Of a stretch of DNA of 64,000 bases, positions 20,561 to 29,978 are shown one piece after another. The stretch is from IMG/VR virus record IMGVR_UViG_3300020465_001196. One strand, 5' to 3'. Numbering within the stretch: the first letter of the stretch is position 1; each line of letters begins with the position of its first letter. Both the position numbers and the translations under genes were made by a program. The notes beneath the pieces are model-generated. The model was not told where the DNA came from, searched no databases, and was given only the letters and a program-made list of their open reading frames with translations. This stretch comes from a virus. Lineage: Duplodnaviria; Caudoviricetes.

Positions 20561-22793
20561 TTGAATTAATTTCCAATTCTACTTTATCATTTGCAATTCT
20601 AACCATTACTGTTCCACCATTAATTAGTTTTCCAAATAATATTTCTTTTGCTAATGGTTTTTTAATATCTTGATCAAATACACGTTGCATTGGTCTTGCA
20701 CCCATTGCCGGATCATAACCTTTATCACAAATCCATTGTACTGCCATTGCATCTAATTCAATGATAACATTTTTCTCTTTAAGCATTTCATTTGTTTCAT
20801 TTTTAACTTTATGAACAATTTTAACAATTTCATCTTTAGTTAGTTTGTTAAATTTAATTGTTGCATCTAATCTGTTTCTAAACTCAGGAGCAAAAAAATC
20901 TTTTACATAATCATCTGATTGATTAATATTTTCTGGTTTACCAATACCCATTGGTGGTTTCTCACTTGCTTGAGCACCTAAGTTAGATGTTAAACATAAA
21001 ATTACTTTATTAAACATTACCATTTTACCTGTTGACGAAGTTAATTTACCATCATCCATTACTTGTAATAATACTTGTAATACTTCTGGTGCTGATTTTT
21101 CTACTTCATCTAATAGTAATACACAATTTGGATTGTCTTCAACATCATTAATCAATTGTCCTGAACCAATTGAACCTTCTGCATAACCTACATACCCCGG
21201 AGGAGCACCAATTAGTTTAGATACAGAATGCTTTTCTTGATATTCAGACATATCATATTTTAATAATTTAATACCTAATGACTCTGCAAGTTGTCTACAT
21301 ACTTCTGTTTTACCAACACCTGTTGGACCTACAAACAAATATGATCCTATTGGTTTATTATAGGGTCTTAGACCTGCTTTAGCAATCATAATCGAATCAA
21401 CAAGTTTTTCAATTGCTTCATTTTGTCCAAATACCTTTGCTTTAACTTTTCCTTCTAGTCCAGCATAATTATCAGTTTGTTTTTCATCAATAATGTCCAT
21501 AGGCACTTTAGATATTTTACTAACTTGCTGTTGTATCATTTTTTCTGTTACAGATGGTGCTTCTGCCAATCTTGCTTTTGCACCTGCGGCATCAATTACA
21601 TCAATTGCTTTATCAGGTAAAAATTTACCATGTACAAATCTACCTGCAAGTTCAACTGCTAAATCAATTGTACCATCATCATATTTTACTTTATGGAATT
21701 TTTCATAATACTTTTTAATACCATTTAAAATCTGTTTTGTATCTTCTTTTGAAGGCTCATCTAAATCTAATCTTTGGAAACGTCTCATTAAAGCACGATC
21801 TTTTTCAAAGTTTTCTCTATACTCTTCAAATGTTGTTGTACCAATACATAATAGTTTACCTTTTGCAAGTATTGGTTTTAATAGTGTACCAAAATCTAAA
21901 TTAGATTGTCCGGCACTACCCGCTCCCATAATTTGGTGAATTTCATCAATAAACAAAATAGTATCTTTACGTTTTTTTAATTCATCTAATACTACTTTGG
22001 CACGTTCTTCAAAGTCACCTCTAAATTTTGTACCTGCTACCAATGATGAAACATCTAAACTGTATACAATTTTATCTTTAAGTACTTCTGGAACTTCTTT
22101 GTTAATAATTTTTTTAGCAAGTCCTTCAGCAATTGCTGTTTTACCTACACCAGGTTCACCACAAATAATAACATTGTTCTTTTTACGTCTTGCAAGAATA
22201 TGTACAATATCATCTACTTCTTCCGCTCTACCAATTAAATCATCAACACGACCTTCTTTTGCTTCTTTGTTTAAATCTGTACAAAAATCTTGGAAGTTGA
22301 TTGCTGGATTACCACCAGGCTGTCCTGGCATACCACGTTCTTGTAATCCACCTTCTTCACCATAACGTTCTTTTGTTAGTTGTTCAATAACTGACTGTCT
22401 ACTAACTTTGTGTTTCTTTAAAAAGTGCAATGCATAACTTTGTTTTTCACTTAACAAACTTACAAACACATCTTTAATACCTAATTTTTTTCTACCAGAG
22501 AAAATAACCTGTGTTACTGCTCTGTTGAATACTCTTTCTAATGCAGAAGTTTTTCTTGGTGCTTCTTCTGATTCAATAACTATATCATTTAATTGATTTT
22601 CAATATATGCCATACAGTCATGCATAATCTCATCTGTTTCACCACCTATTTCACTAATAAGATTTTGTATATCTTTTTCTTCCATTAGTGATAATAACAA
22701 GTGTTCTAAAACTACATATTCATGATTACGTTCAGACGCATATCCCATTGCCCTATCAAGGACTTCTTCAATTGGATCAAACTCTTCTGCCAT
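20550..22793 (-). CDS. clpA: ATP-dependent Clp protease ATP-binding subunit ClpA
   Basis: Clp-N domain; GEPGVGKT and GPTGVGKT Walker A motifs; FIDEIH; GAPPGYVG; FAPEFRNRLD. Confidence 0.95.
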   Translation of the reverse strand: MAEEFDPIEEVLDRAMGYASERNHEYVVLEHLLLSLMEEKDIQNLISEIGGETDEIMHDCMAYIENQLNDIVIESEEAPRKTSALERVFNRAVTQVIFSGRKKLGIKDVFVSLLSEKQSYALHFLKKHKVSRQSVIEQLTKERYGEEGGLQERGMPGQPGGNPAINFQDFCTDLNKEAKEGRVDDLIGRAEEVDDIVHILARRKKNNVIICGEPGVGKTAIAEGLAKKIINKEVPEVLKDKIVYSLDVSSLVAGTKFRGDFEERAKVVLDELKKRKDTILFIDEIHQIMGAGSAGQSNLDFGTLLKPILAKGKLLCIGTTTFEEYRENFEKDRALMRRFQRLDLDEPSKEDTKQILNGIKKYYEKFHKVKYDDGTIDLAVELAGRFVHGKFLPDKAIDVIDAAGAKARLAEAPSVTEKMIQQQVSKISKVPMDIIDEKQTDNYAGLEGKVKAKVFGQNEAIEKLVDSIMIAKAGLRPYNKPIGSYLFVGPTGVGKTEVCRQLAESLGIKLLKYDMSEYQEKHSVSKLIGAPPGYVGYAEGSIGSGQLINDVEDNPNCVLLLDEVEKSAPEVLQVLLQVMDDGKLTSSTGKMVMFNKVILCLTSNLGAQASEKPPMGIGKPENINQSDDYVKDFFAPEFRNRLDATIKFNKLTKDEIVKIVHKVKNETNEMLKEKNVIIELDAMAVQWICDKGYDPAMGARPMQRVFDQDIKKPLAKEILFGKLINGGTVMVRIANDKVELEINSNAV

Positions 22794-23274
22794 ATTGTCT
22801 CCATATTTTCTTTTGTTTACGTTTAGCAATATCTAATGCTAACCTTGAAACTAAAGTATCGTAAGTTATACCGTTTAGGTGATCAGTTTCATGTTGAAAT
22901 ATTCTTGATACCATTCCTTCTAACTTTTCCGTTACTCTCTTCCCTATAGTATTTACATATTCTACAGTTACATTATCTGGACGTAAAACTTGTAACCATA
23001 AATCAGGAAAACTTAGACATCCTTCTTGCATTTTAACAAGATCGTTGCTTGTTTCAATGATTTTTGGATTAGTAATTACTGTGTACGACTCTTTACTTCC
23101 CATAATAAAAAAACTCTTGTTAATACCAACTTGTGGTGCCGCTAGTCCAACTCCATGACTTTTTATCATTAAGTCGTACATTTCGTTCCCATATTTTACT
23201 ATATTATCCATGTCTTCGTCAACACTTATTGTGGGTGTTTTTAAAATTTCTGAAGGTGCATAAACTAGTTCCAT
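22777..23274 (-). CDS. def: Peptide deformylase
   Basis: GVGLAAPQVG, EGCLS, QHETDHLNG. Confidence 0.95.
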   Translation of the reverse strand: MELVYAPSEILKTPTISVDEDMDNIVKYGNEMYDLMIKSHGVGLAAPQVGINKSFFIMGSKESYTVITNPKIIETSNDLVKMQEGCLSFPDLWLQVLRPDNVTVEYVNTIGKRVTEKLEGMVSRIFQHETDHLNGITYDTLVSRLALDIAKRKQKKIWRQYGRRV

Positions 23275-24158
23275 TATTTGTTACCTTTTAATTTAGATAT
23301 TAATTCTTTTTGTTCATCAGTTAATATTGATGGTATAGAATAATTTAGTTTAATATACAAGTTTCCAAAAGTTCCTGATGTTGTTGGCATACCTTTTCCT
23401 TTAAGTCTAATTATACTATCTGGTTCTGTTAAAGGTGGTACTATAACTTTTACTTTTCCAGCGAAATGATTTACAATAATTTCAGTTCCTGCTAACGCAT
23501 CAAAGACATCAACGTCAACTGTAGTATATAAGTCATAACCTTTTTTGGTATAATTTGGATGTGGATACAATGACAGAACAACATACAAATCTCCTGGACG
23601 TAATTCTTGATGTTTAGCCGAACCAAGTCCTGAAAATTTAATTTGTGATCCATCATCTGCTGTTGCTGGTATTCCAACTTTTACATTTTTATTTGATCCG
23701 TCTGGTGTTTTAACTATTAATTCTTTTTCTACTTTATTATAAATGTCATCTAATGAAACTGCTAAATTAATTCTTATATCTTGATTACGCAATGGTCTAC
23801 TATATCTTTGTCTATGTGTTTGCCTTCCTCTAAAAGGATGATGATGCCCAAAAAACTGTTCAAACATTGCTTCAAAGCCTTGACCACCTCCCATATTAAT
23901 AACTATATCATCAACTCCACCATTAAATCCAAATCCACCAGGTGCTTGACTTGATCCAAACTTACGTTGTAAATCATACTCTTGTCTTTTTTGAGGATCT
24001 TTTAATGTATCATGTGCTTCACTTATTTCTTTAAATCTATTACCGTCACCACTGCTTACATCAGGGTGATGCTCTTTGGCCAATTTTTTATAGGCTCTTT
24101 TTATTTCGTCTTGTGAGGCTGAAGATTGTACACCTAGGGTTTTGTAATAATCGCTCAT
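23274..24158 (-). CDS. dnaJ: DnaJ/CbpA-type J-domain co-chaperone (no zinc finger)
   Basis: DYYKTLGV..HHPD J-domain; G/F-rich linker; PGDLYV; LKGKGMP. Confidence 0.92.
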   Translation of the reverse strand: MSDYYKTLGVQSSASQDEIKRAYKKLAKEHHPDVSSGDGNRFKEISEAHDTLKDPQKRQEYDLQRKFGSSQAPGGFGFNGGVDDIVINMGGGQGFEAMFEQFFGHHHPFRGRQTHRQRYSRPLRNQDIRINLAVSLDDIYNKVEKELIVKTPDGSNKNVKVGIPATADDGSQIKFSGLGSAKHQELRPGDLYVVLSLYPHPNYTKKGYDLYTTVDVDVFDALAGTEIIVNHFAGKVKVIVPPLTEPDSIIRLKGKGMPTTSGTFGNLYIKLNYSIPSILTDEQKELISKLKGNK

Positions 24159-24164
24159 AATTAT

Positions 24165-24192
24165 AGTATATAACAGATTACAAGAAAGTCAA
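24165..24192 (-). promoter_or_regulatory. Sigma70-type promoter, leaderless dnaJ mRNA
   Basis: TTGACT-N16-TATACT; ATG at +7. Confidence 0.75.
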
Positions 24193-24196
24193 GTAA

Positions 24197-24577
24197 TTAT
24201 TTAGGTTTGTTGTCTTTTTCTGTTTGCTCTTCTTCATACTCTTCATAGTACTTTTTATATTCTTCTAAAAGAGTATTTGTTTCTTGAAGTTTTGCTCTAA
24301 TTTGTGCAAAGTTTTTGGCCAGCAATTCAAAGTCTTTATCTGACAAACCAAATAGTACAGGATCCAATCCTTCTGCTTCCATTTTAGCAAACACTTCATT
24401 AGCATTTTCGCTATTAATGATAATCCATTTTACTTTTTCAAGTTCTAATGGAGTTGGCATTGGATAATCTAATTTTTGTCTTGGTTCTTCAACTGAAAAT
24501 ATTTTTATTTTTCTTTCTCCAATTGCACAACCAGTTAATAAAATTGTTGTTAGTATTATTAAAATTATCTTATTCAT
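24197..24577 (-). CDS. Outer-membrane lipoprotein, o-spanin (Rz1-like)
   Basis: Lipobox LLTGC; Pro-rich PMPTPL; follows the i-spanin candidate. Confidence 0.7.
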   Translation of the reverse strand: MNKIILIILTTILLTGCAIGERKIKIFSVEEPRQKLDYPMPTPLELEKVKWIIINSENANEVFAKMEAEGLDPVLFGLSDKDFELLAKNFAQIRAKLQETNTLLEEYKKYYEEYEEEQTEKDNKPK

Positions 24578-25040
24578 ATGGTACATAAGAAGGATTTGCT
24601 AGTGCCGGACATTCTGGATTGATTTCCGACCTCTTAGTTGCCTTCAACTCCTTTTCTGTGTGTGGTGCACCTGAAGCCAATTCAACACATCTCATTGCAT
24701 TCTCGGCACCTTTATTAATAATTCTTTCTACTGGAACAGGTTTTTCAAGTGCAAGTTTACCTACATCTCTTTTCTTTTTGTTAAATCTTTTATCTAAATC
24801 TTTTAAATCTTTTTGTAAAACATTAATAAGATTGTTCAATTTTCTATTTGATTGTAGAATTTCTTCAAAGTCTTTTTTCTGTTGATCTAATAATTCTTGT
24901 TGTGTATTAATACTTTGTTCTAATTGTATTTGATTTGCTTTTAATATAGCATTATCACTGCGTAATTTCATAACGTACAATCCTGCACCAGCTATAGCTG
25001 ACATAAGGAGTGCCATAAACATTAATCTTAATCCAAACAT
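24570..25040 (-). CDS. i-spanin (Rz-like)
   Basis: N-terminal TM helix, long coiled coil, C-terminal Cys pair; overlaps the lipoprotein gene. Confidence 0.7.
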   Translation of the reverse strand: MFGLRLMFMALLMSAIAGAGLYVMKLRSDNAILKANQIQLEQSINTQQELLDQQKKDFEEILQSNRKLNNLINVLQKDLKDLDKRFNKKKRDVGKLALEKPVPVERIINKGAENAMRCVELASGAPHTEKELKATKRSEINPECPALANPSYVPYE

Positions 25041-25846
25041 TATCTTTTCCTATGAACTGTATCACAGTTCTCTATGTATTTACTATAATCGCCAATACCA
25101 TGATCTACAAAACCATCAGCTACTGTTTTATTAAACATACTTGCTATGCTATCTTTAAATAATCTCCAAAACTTCACTGCACCAATACGTATTTCATGAT
25201 TACGATCAATATAACAAAATTTACCAACGTGCTTAAATCCTAAAAGTATAAAAGGAACTCTAGTAACTAAATCTCTTTGGTTTCTAAATCTCCATACTGG
25301 ACATTTAATTGTGTTTATAAATTTTTTATTACCTGTTCTTGGAGATCCATAAGTAAAACATCCTCTAGCAAATGTTCCTAAACGTGAAGCCGCAACTGTT
25401 GCCGCCGCCGCACCTAATGAGTGTCCTGTTGTATAAACTTTTTTAGTTTTACCTGTTTCTGGATTTACTCCGTGCTTAAAAAATATAACTTTTATTTGAT
25501 CCCAAATTTCATCTACATAAGTAGCAAATCCTGTGTGTACTCTTCCACCTTCCCATGCTGGTCTTTTCCAAAATTTCATATCAGAAAAAACATCTTTCAT
25601 TTCTGTTGGTTGTGTACCTCTAAAAGATATAATAAAGTTTTTATCATCCCAAAGTACGTATGCTTGAGATCCATTTCTATCAACAAACTCATACTTAAGA
25701 TGATCTAATTCTTGTTTACGTAAAAAGTGTATAAATGCTTTAGGCGTGTAATATGCCGCACCACTTAATTTTGAAAATAATAATGCTGTATCTTGATGCC
25801 ATTCATCAACAACAATTTTAAGTGGCCCAGACATGAGTTGCTCCAT
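25040..25846 (-). CDS. Class 3 lipase (alpha/beta hydrolase)
   Basis: ISFRGT, VHTGF, TGHSLGAA, TYGSPRTG, DLVTRVP, C-terminal DH. Confidence 0.92.
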   Translation of the reverse strand: MEQLMSGPLKIVVDEWHQDTALLFSKLSGAAYYTPKAFIHFLRKQELDHLKYEFVDRNGSQAYVLWDDKNFIISFRGTQPTEMKDVFSDMKFWKRPAWEGGRVHTGFATYVDEIWDQIKVIFFKHGVNPETGKTKKVYTTGHSLGAAAATVAASRLGTFARGCFTYGSPRTGNKKFINTIKCPVWRFRNQRDLVTRVPFILLGFKHVGKFCYIDRNHEIRIGAVKFWRLFKDSIASMFNKTVADGFVDHGIGDYSKYIENCDTVHRKR

Positions 25847-26306
25847 TCTGTTTACCTACTCTAGCAATATGATTCATTCTTTTAATTACTTCGTTATAGT
25901 AACCTTCTGATTTACCACCACTAATCATAGTTGCTCCGCCACCTGATTTATCAACTGTTGTTGGTTCTTCTGGTGATAATTTACCAATGTGTTTTTGTAA
26001 CCATTGTGTTGTTTTTGCTATAAATTCATCTATTGGAAATGGGTGAGCTTCTTCTAAATCAGTTGTATAACCAAGTTCATCCATTACCATTCGCATATTT
26101 GCGTTAGCAAGATTGAGATCTAGTTCAGGTTTGTAATTTGGATTTGGCTTAGGATCTGCATCATATGGATAATCTGCTTTGTAAACATCTGGATGATATC
26201 TATCACCAGAATCAACTGAAGCTCTCCAATATCCGTCTTCACCTTTAGCACCTGCTGAAAAATTCATGCTCTCTTGTATTCTCTGAACTAGTTCTCTAAA
26301 TCTCAT
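25818..26306 (-). CDS. Hypothetical protein with an MRFRELV..IQE N-terminus
   Basis: Start moved to MRFREL; N-terminus resembles the 57-62 kb family. Confidence 0.55.
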   Translation of the reverse strand: MRFRELVQRIQESMNFSAGAKGEDGYWRASVDSGDRYHPDVYKADYPYDADPKPNPNYKPELDLNLANANMRMVMDELGYTTDLEEAHPFPIDEFIAKTTQWLQKHIGKLSPEEPTTVDKSGGGATMISGGKSEGYYNEVIKRMNHIARVGKQNGATHVWAT

Positions 26307-26307
26307 A

Positions 26308-26466
26308 TTAACCTCTTGTAAAAAATTGCCAAGCACCAAAGGCAATTGCGCCGTATGCCGCAATGTTTACCCAGCTACCTAGAAATAAAATAATTAATCC
26401 TACAGCAACTAAACCTAGTCCACCGTGTGATGCTTTTTCACTTAATCTGTCTAATAACCAACTCAT
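26308..26466 (-). CDS. Small two-TM protein (holin candidate)
   Basis: 52 aa, two hydrophobic segments, AGGAG RBS. Confidence 0.5.
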   Translation of the reverse strand: MSWLLDRLSEKASHGGLGLVAVGLIILFLGSWVNIAAYGAIAFGAWQFFTRG

Positions 26467-26476
26467 GTTAATCTCC

Positions 26477-26770
26477 TTATTTTTTGTTTTCAAGTTTATC
26501 AAGCCTACTCTTGATATCCTCTATTTCTTTTGTTAGTTGCGGATGTACTTTTCTCCAAGCACCCAAGTCTTGGTTAAGCCAAGTCCAACCGTATCTATCA
26601 CGAAAGAAATCAATTGTTGCGTCCCATTTGCCGTAAACCCATACAGCAATTCTTGTGTTACGCATATAAGCAATAAACATGGCACCAAAAATAGCACCTG
26701 CTATCGCTGTCCACATCCATAAACGGTCTGTGAACATTGCACTTATCATTGTTGTAATATATTCCCACAT
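26477..26770 (-). CDS. Single-TM protein (holin/antiholin candidate)
   Basis: TM segment LWMWTAIAGAIFGAMFIAYM; charged C-terminus. Confidence 0.45.
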   Translation of the reverse strand: MWEYITTMISAMFTDRLWMWTAIAGAIFGAMFIAYMRNTRIAVWVYGKWDATIDFFRDRYGWTWLNQDLGAWRKVHPQLTKEIEDIKSRLDKLENKK

Positions 26771-26771
26771 A

Positions 26772-26990
26772 CTATTTGTACCTATATACTATTCTTCCTT
26801 TAGTAACATCATATGTTGATAGTTCAATATCAACTTTGTCATTGTCTAAAATCTTAATATGGTTCTTTCTCATTTTACCACTTAAATGACCTATCACATC
26901 ATGACCGTTATCTAATTTTATTTTAAACATTCCGGCTGGTAATATTGACGTCACCATACCGCTCATTGTTATAATATTCTCTTTGCCCAT
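26772..26990 (-). CDS. infA: Translation initiation factor IF-1
   Basis: LPAGMFKIKLDNGH.V.GHLSGKMRKNHIKIL..DKV.IELS.YD.TKGRIVYR. Confidence 0.97.
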   Translation of the reverse strand: MGKENIITMSGMVTSILPAGMFKIKLDNGHDVIGHLSGKMRKNHIKILDNDKVDIELSTYDVTKGRIVYRYK

Positions 26991-27412
26991 TAACCTCTGA
27001 TTGCTTTTTTAATCATTTCTTCTGTTAATGAATGTGATCCACCTTTATAAAAATTTAAATTCCATTCTGTAACTGCTGTAATAGTTTTAATATCATGCAA
27101 TACTTCTGAAACTGTTTTCATGGTATTTTTATTTTTGTCTATTTCTACAAACACCATGTAATTTCCATCTTCATCTGGACCCGGCGATACTTCTGTATCA
27201 ATTACATCAATATAGCCTCTTTCAATAAATCTACTTAAATCTCTTGCAGGTTCTTCATCTTTAGCATACAAGCCCATCACAAGGATTTCACTTGAGTCAC
27301 CACTTTTTGGTTCAAACTCATCGATGCTAACTTTGTTTAAAATCAAATGTTGTAAATCATTTGGTCTTAAACCTTCATCTGTTCTACTCTTGATCAGTGA
27401 GTAAAGCTTCAT
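26990..27412 (-). CDS. Conserved jumbo-phage hypothetical protein
   Basis: EGLRPNDL..SIDEFEPKSG..FIERGY..D.EVSPG. Confidence 0.6.
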   Translation of the reverse strand: MKLYSLIKSRTDEGLRPNDLQHLILNKVSIDEFEPKSGDSSEILVMGLYAKDEEPARDLSRFIERGYIDVIDTEVSPGPDEDGNYMVFVEIDKNKNTMKTVSEVLHDIKTITAVTEWNLNFYKGGSHSLTEEMIKKAIRG

Positions 27413-27893
27413 CGCTCAATCCTTCCTCTTGCCCTTGTTGTTTAGCTTCTTGATCAGCAACTGTTTGATCTGTTGCATCTGCGTCTAATTCTAAATTAAA
27501 GTTTTCTAAAAACTTCTTAGGCATTTTAACATTAACTAACCAAACAGGAACTTCATCAACTTTTGGTTTTCTAGTTCCAGGCTGATAGTCATCATATGAC
27601 TCAACTTTGCGTGGAGAATTATAACTATCTTTTTTGTAAGATACTTTACAATCATAGCCTAATAATCTTTGTCCGCCTGACGGATCTGGCATTTCATTTA
27701 ATGGATACATTAAAGTTGTTTCAACCCAATACCTACTAACTCTAGGACCTTCAACAATTTCGCCTCGATCCCAATTTTTATAGGTATATAAACCCATCTC
27801 ATCTAATGCTTTTTCAAATTCAAGTAATGCGTCCAAAAGGCTAGTGCTTTTGTGTACTGCATAATGATTATTAACTATATTGTCTGCTTCCAT
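27384..27893 (-). CDS. Conserved jumbo-phage hypothetical protein
   Basis: LLEFEKALDE..YKNW..GE.VEGP..RYWV..MPDP.GG.RLL; TATAAATA upstream. Confidence 0.6.
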   Translation of the reverse strand: MEADNIVNNHYAVHKSTSLLDALLEFEKALDEMGLYTYKNWDRGEIVEGPRVSRYWVETTLMYPLNEMPDPSGGQRLLGYDCKVSYKKDSYNSPRKVESYDDYQPGTRKPKVDEVPVWLVNVKMPKKFLENFNLELDADATDQTVADQEAKQQGQEEGLSDEALLTDQE

Positions 27894-27909
27894 AACACTT
27901 ATATTTATA

Positions 27910-28146
27910 CTATTTTAAAGCTGATTCGTCTAGTTTGATTAACTGCTGATATCCGCCAATATTTACATCATCTATGAAAATCTGTGGCATTTGACGTAAT
28001 TGTGGATAATCACGCATGAATTTTTCACGTATTTCTGGCTCTTCAATACTGATTTCTTCATATTGAATGCCTTTATTGTTTAACCAAGTTTTAGCCATTG
28101 TGCAATATCCACATAAATTTTTAGAATATAAAACTACTTTTTTCAT
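27910..28146 (-). CDS. grxC: Glutaredoxin 3-like
   Basis: CGYC; MPQIFIDDVNIGGY. Confidence 0.92.
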   Translation of the reverse strand: MKKVVLYSKNLCGYCTMAKTWLNNKGIQYEEISIEEPEIREKFMRDYPQLRQMPQIFIDDVNIGGYQQLIKLDESALK

Positions 28147-29276
28147 TATTTTCCTTCTACGTTAAATTTAAATTCTTTTAATGTTACAGGTATTGTTAAT
28201 TTTTTATCATCTCTTATTACAATAACATCTACTGTATCACCAATATCATTATACCATAATTGCTTTATAAGGTCAAGTGAAGTTATTATTTCTTCTCTAT
28301 TTACAGATAATATAATATCACCTTTTTTCAACCCAGCTTCATAGGCCGCACCATCTTCTGGTGTATCTTCAATTATTACTATAGATTTTATTCCTTTATC
28401 AAGCAATTTTTGACGTTCATCTTTAGTTTCAACAGTTGTTACATGAATACCAATTGCTGGATATGTAACAAATCCTTGTTTTGTAACTTTGCCATCAGCA
28501 TCATATTCTACAGTATTCATAATATGTCTAACTGAACGTTCTGCTAAAACTGATGGTAACGAAAATCCAACTCCAGCAAATGATCCAGTTTGTGAAAACA
28601 ATAAAGTATTAACACCAATAACTTCGCCATGCATATTAAACAAAGGACCACCTGAGTTACCTTGGTTAATAACTGCATCTGATTGATTGTAAACAATCAT
28701 TGGAGAACCTGGCTTTTGCCTATGTGTATAACTAATAATTCCTTTTGTAACTGACCATGGCATACTCATACCGTGACCAATTGCAATAACATCTTCACCT
28801 AATCTTAATTCTTCACTATCACCCCATTTAACATAATCAGTTGGAAGTAATGGATCAATTTTAATTACTGCAATATCAGAAATTTCATCAACACCTATTA
28901 TTTGTGCTTTATCAAATTTCAAAGGAGATGACCAATAATATATTGTAAGTTCTGCCGCACCTTTAACCACGTGTGCGTTTGTAACAATATATCCTTCACC
29001 ATTAATAAAAAATCCTGTTCCTACTCCACGAATTGGAACTCCACTTGGCGGCATAAGACCACCAAAATTATTTTCATCTGGCTCTATGACTGCTCGTTGC
29101 TCAATGTAAATGTATACGACTGATGGTATAACTTTTTCAACTATGTCTGCTGTACTACTGAATAATGAACTTTTATATTCAAATACATTTGGGTTAGTTT
29201 CGTCTTGACCACCAGCAACATTAGTTGGTATTACTAATAATAGTAAGACTGATAGTACTGCTAAAATTCTTTTCAT
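28146..29276 (-). CDS. degP: DegP/HtrA serine protease with PDZ domain
   Basis: Signal peptide; TNAHVV, DIAVIK, INQGNSGGPL; C-terminal PDZ. Confidence 0.93.
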   Translation of the reverse strand: MKRILAVLSVLLLLVIPTNVAGGQDETNPNVFEYKSSLFSSTADIVEKVIPSVVYIYIEQRAVIEPDENNFGGLMPPSGVPIRGVGTGFFINGEGYIVTNAHVVKGAAELTIYYWSSPLKFDKAQIIGVDEISDIAVIKIDPLLPTDYVKWGDSEELRLGEDVIAIGHGMSMPWSVTKGIISYTHRQKPGSPMIVYNQSDAVINQGNSGGPLFNMHGEVIGVNTLLFSQTGSFAGVGFSLPSVLAERSVRHIMNTVEYDADGKVTKQGFVTYPAIGIHVTTVETKDERQKLLDKGIKSIVIIEDTPEDGAAYEAGLKKGDIILSVNREEIITSLDLIKQLWYNDIGDTVDVIVIRDDKKLTIPVTLKEFKFNVEGK

Positions 29277-29277
29277 G

Positions 29278-29499
29278 TTAATCCTTAAAACTGCCTGCAT
29301 CTAGTGACAAATCAGAAACCATTTTCTGTGTTGTCTGTACCGGTTGGCTAATCTTAGTTGACTCGTTTATCAACATTTGATTAAGTTCGCACATTATCGA
29401 TACGGCTTCTTCCCGTGTAAGACGTATTTCGTTACTATGAGTTTTTTGTAAATTTATAACTCTTTCGCAGAATTTTTTTACGTGTTCGTAGTTTGCCAT
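29278..29499 (-). CDS. Hypothetical protein
   Basis: 73-aa ORF. Confidence 0.5.
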   Translation of the reverse strand: MANYEHVKKFCERVINLQKTHSNEIRLTREEAVSIMCELNQMLINESTKISQPVQTTQKMVSDLSLDAGSFKD

Positions 29500-29978
29500 T
29501 GTCGTCTTTCTCGCTTTTTATTATTTATGTTAATTTGCATTTCCATTTCTGAATTAAACGGACCTGCAAACGACATGGCATTTTCAATTAAAGTTTGCAT
29601 TTTGGGGTTAAATGATGGAACCCAACCTTTGGGAAATTCCACGCAATAGTAACCCGCACAATGCCTAACCTGCGATTTAGACGTTTTTGTATAGGTTGGT
29701 AAATTATTTTTTACTTCAATATTAAATGGTTTAATCTCTGTTGGATATCCATTTACATCAAATTTTCCAGCTTGTGGCTGTTCTAAATTTTTTTTATTTA
29801 CAGACAAAGGATCAGATCCTAAAAAACTAATCACTTCATTATAAGTTTGAAATTCTTGTTTATTTTGTTCTAATAATACTTGCCATGTACTAGATGCTTT
29901 ACGCATGGTTCCAACTTTTTGCTCATTTTGTTCAAGTATCCAAAATGAATCTTTAATTATTTGCTTGGCTTGTAGCAC
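29478..29978 (-). CDS. Conserved phage hypothetical protein
   Basis: FWIL..KVG..TKT.KS....CAGYY..F..GW..F.PK. Confidence 0.55.
   Translation of the reverse strand: MLQAKQIIKDSFWILEQNEQKVGTMRKASSTWQVLLEQNKQEFQTYNEVISFLGSDPLSVNKKNLEQPQAGKFDVNGYPTEIKPFNIEVKNNLPTYTKTSKSQVRHCAGYYCVEFPKGWVPSFNPKMQTLIENAMSFAGPFNSEMEMQININNKKRERRQWQTTNT

Noticed and set aside
24601-24720. Local GC-richer patches in the i-spanin 3' end and at 42330-42430 as hidden RNAs
   Set aside because: No convincing stems found by eye; compatible with amino-acid composition or a recombined segment
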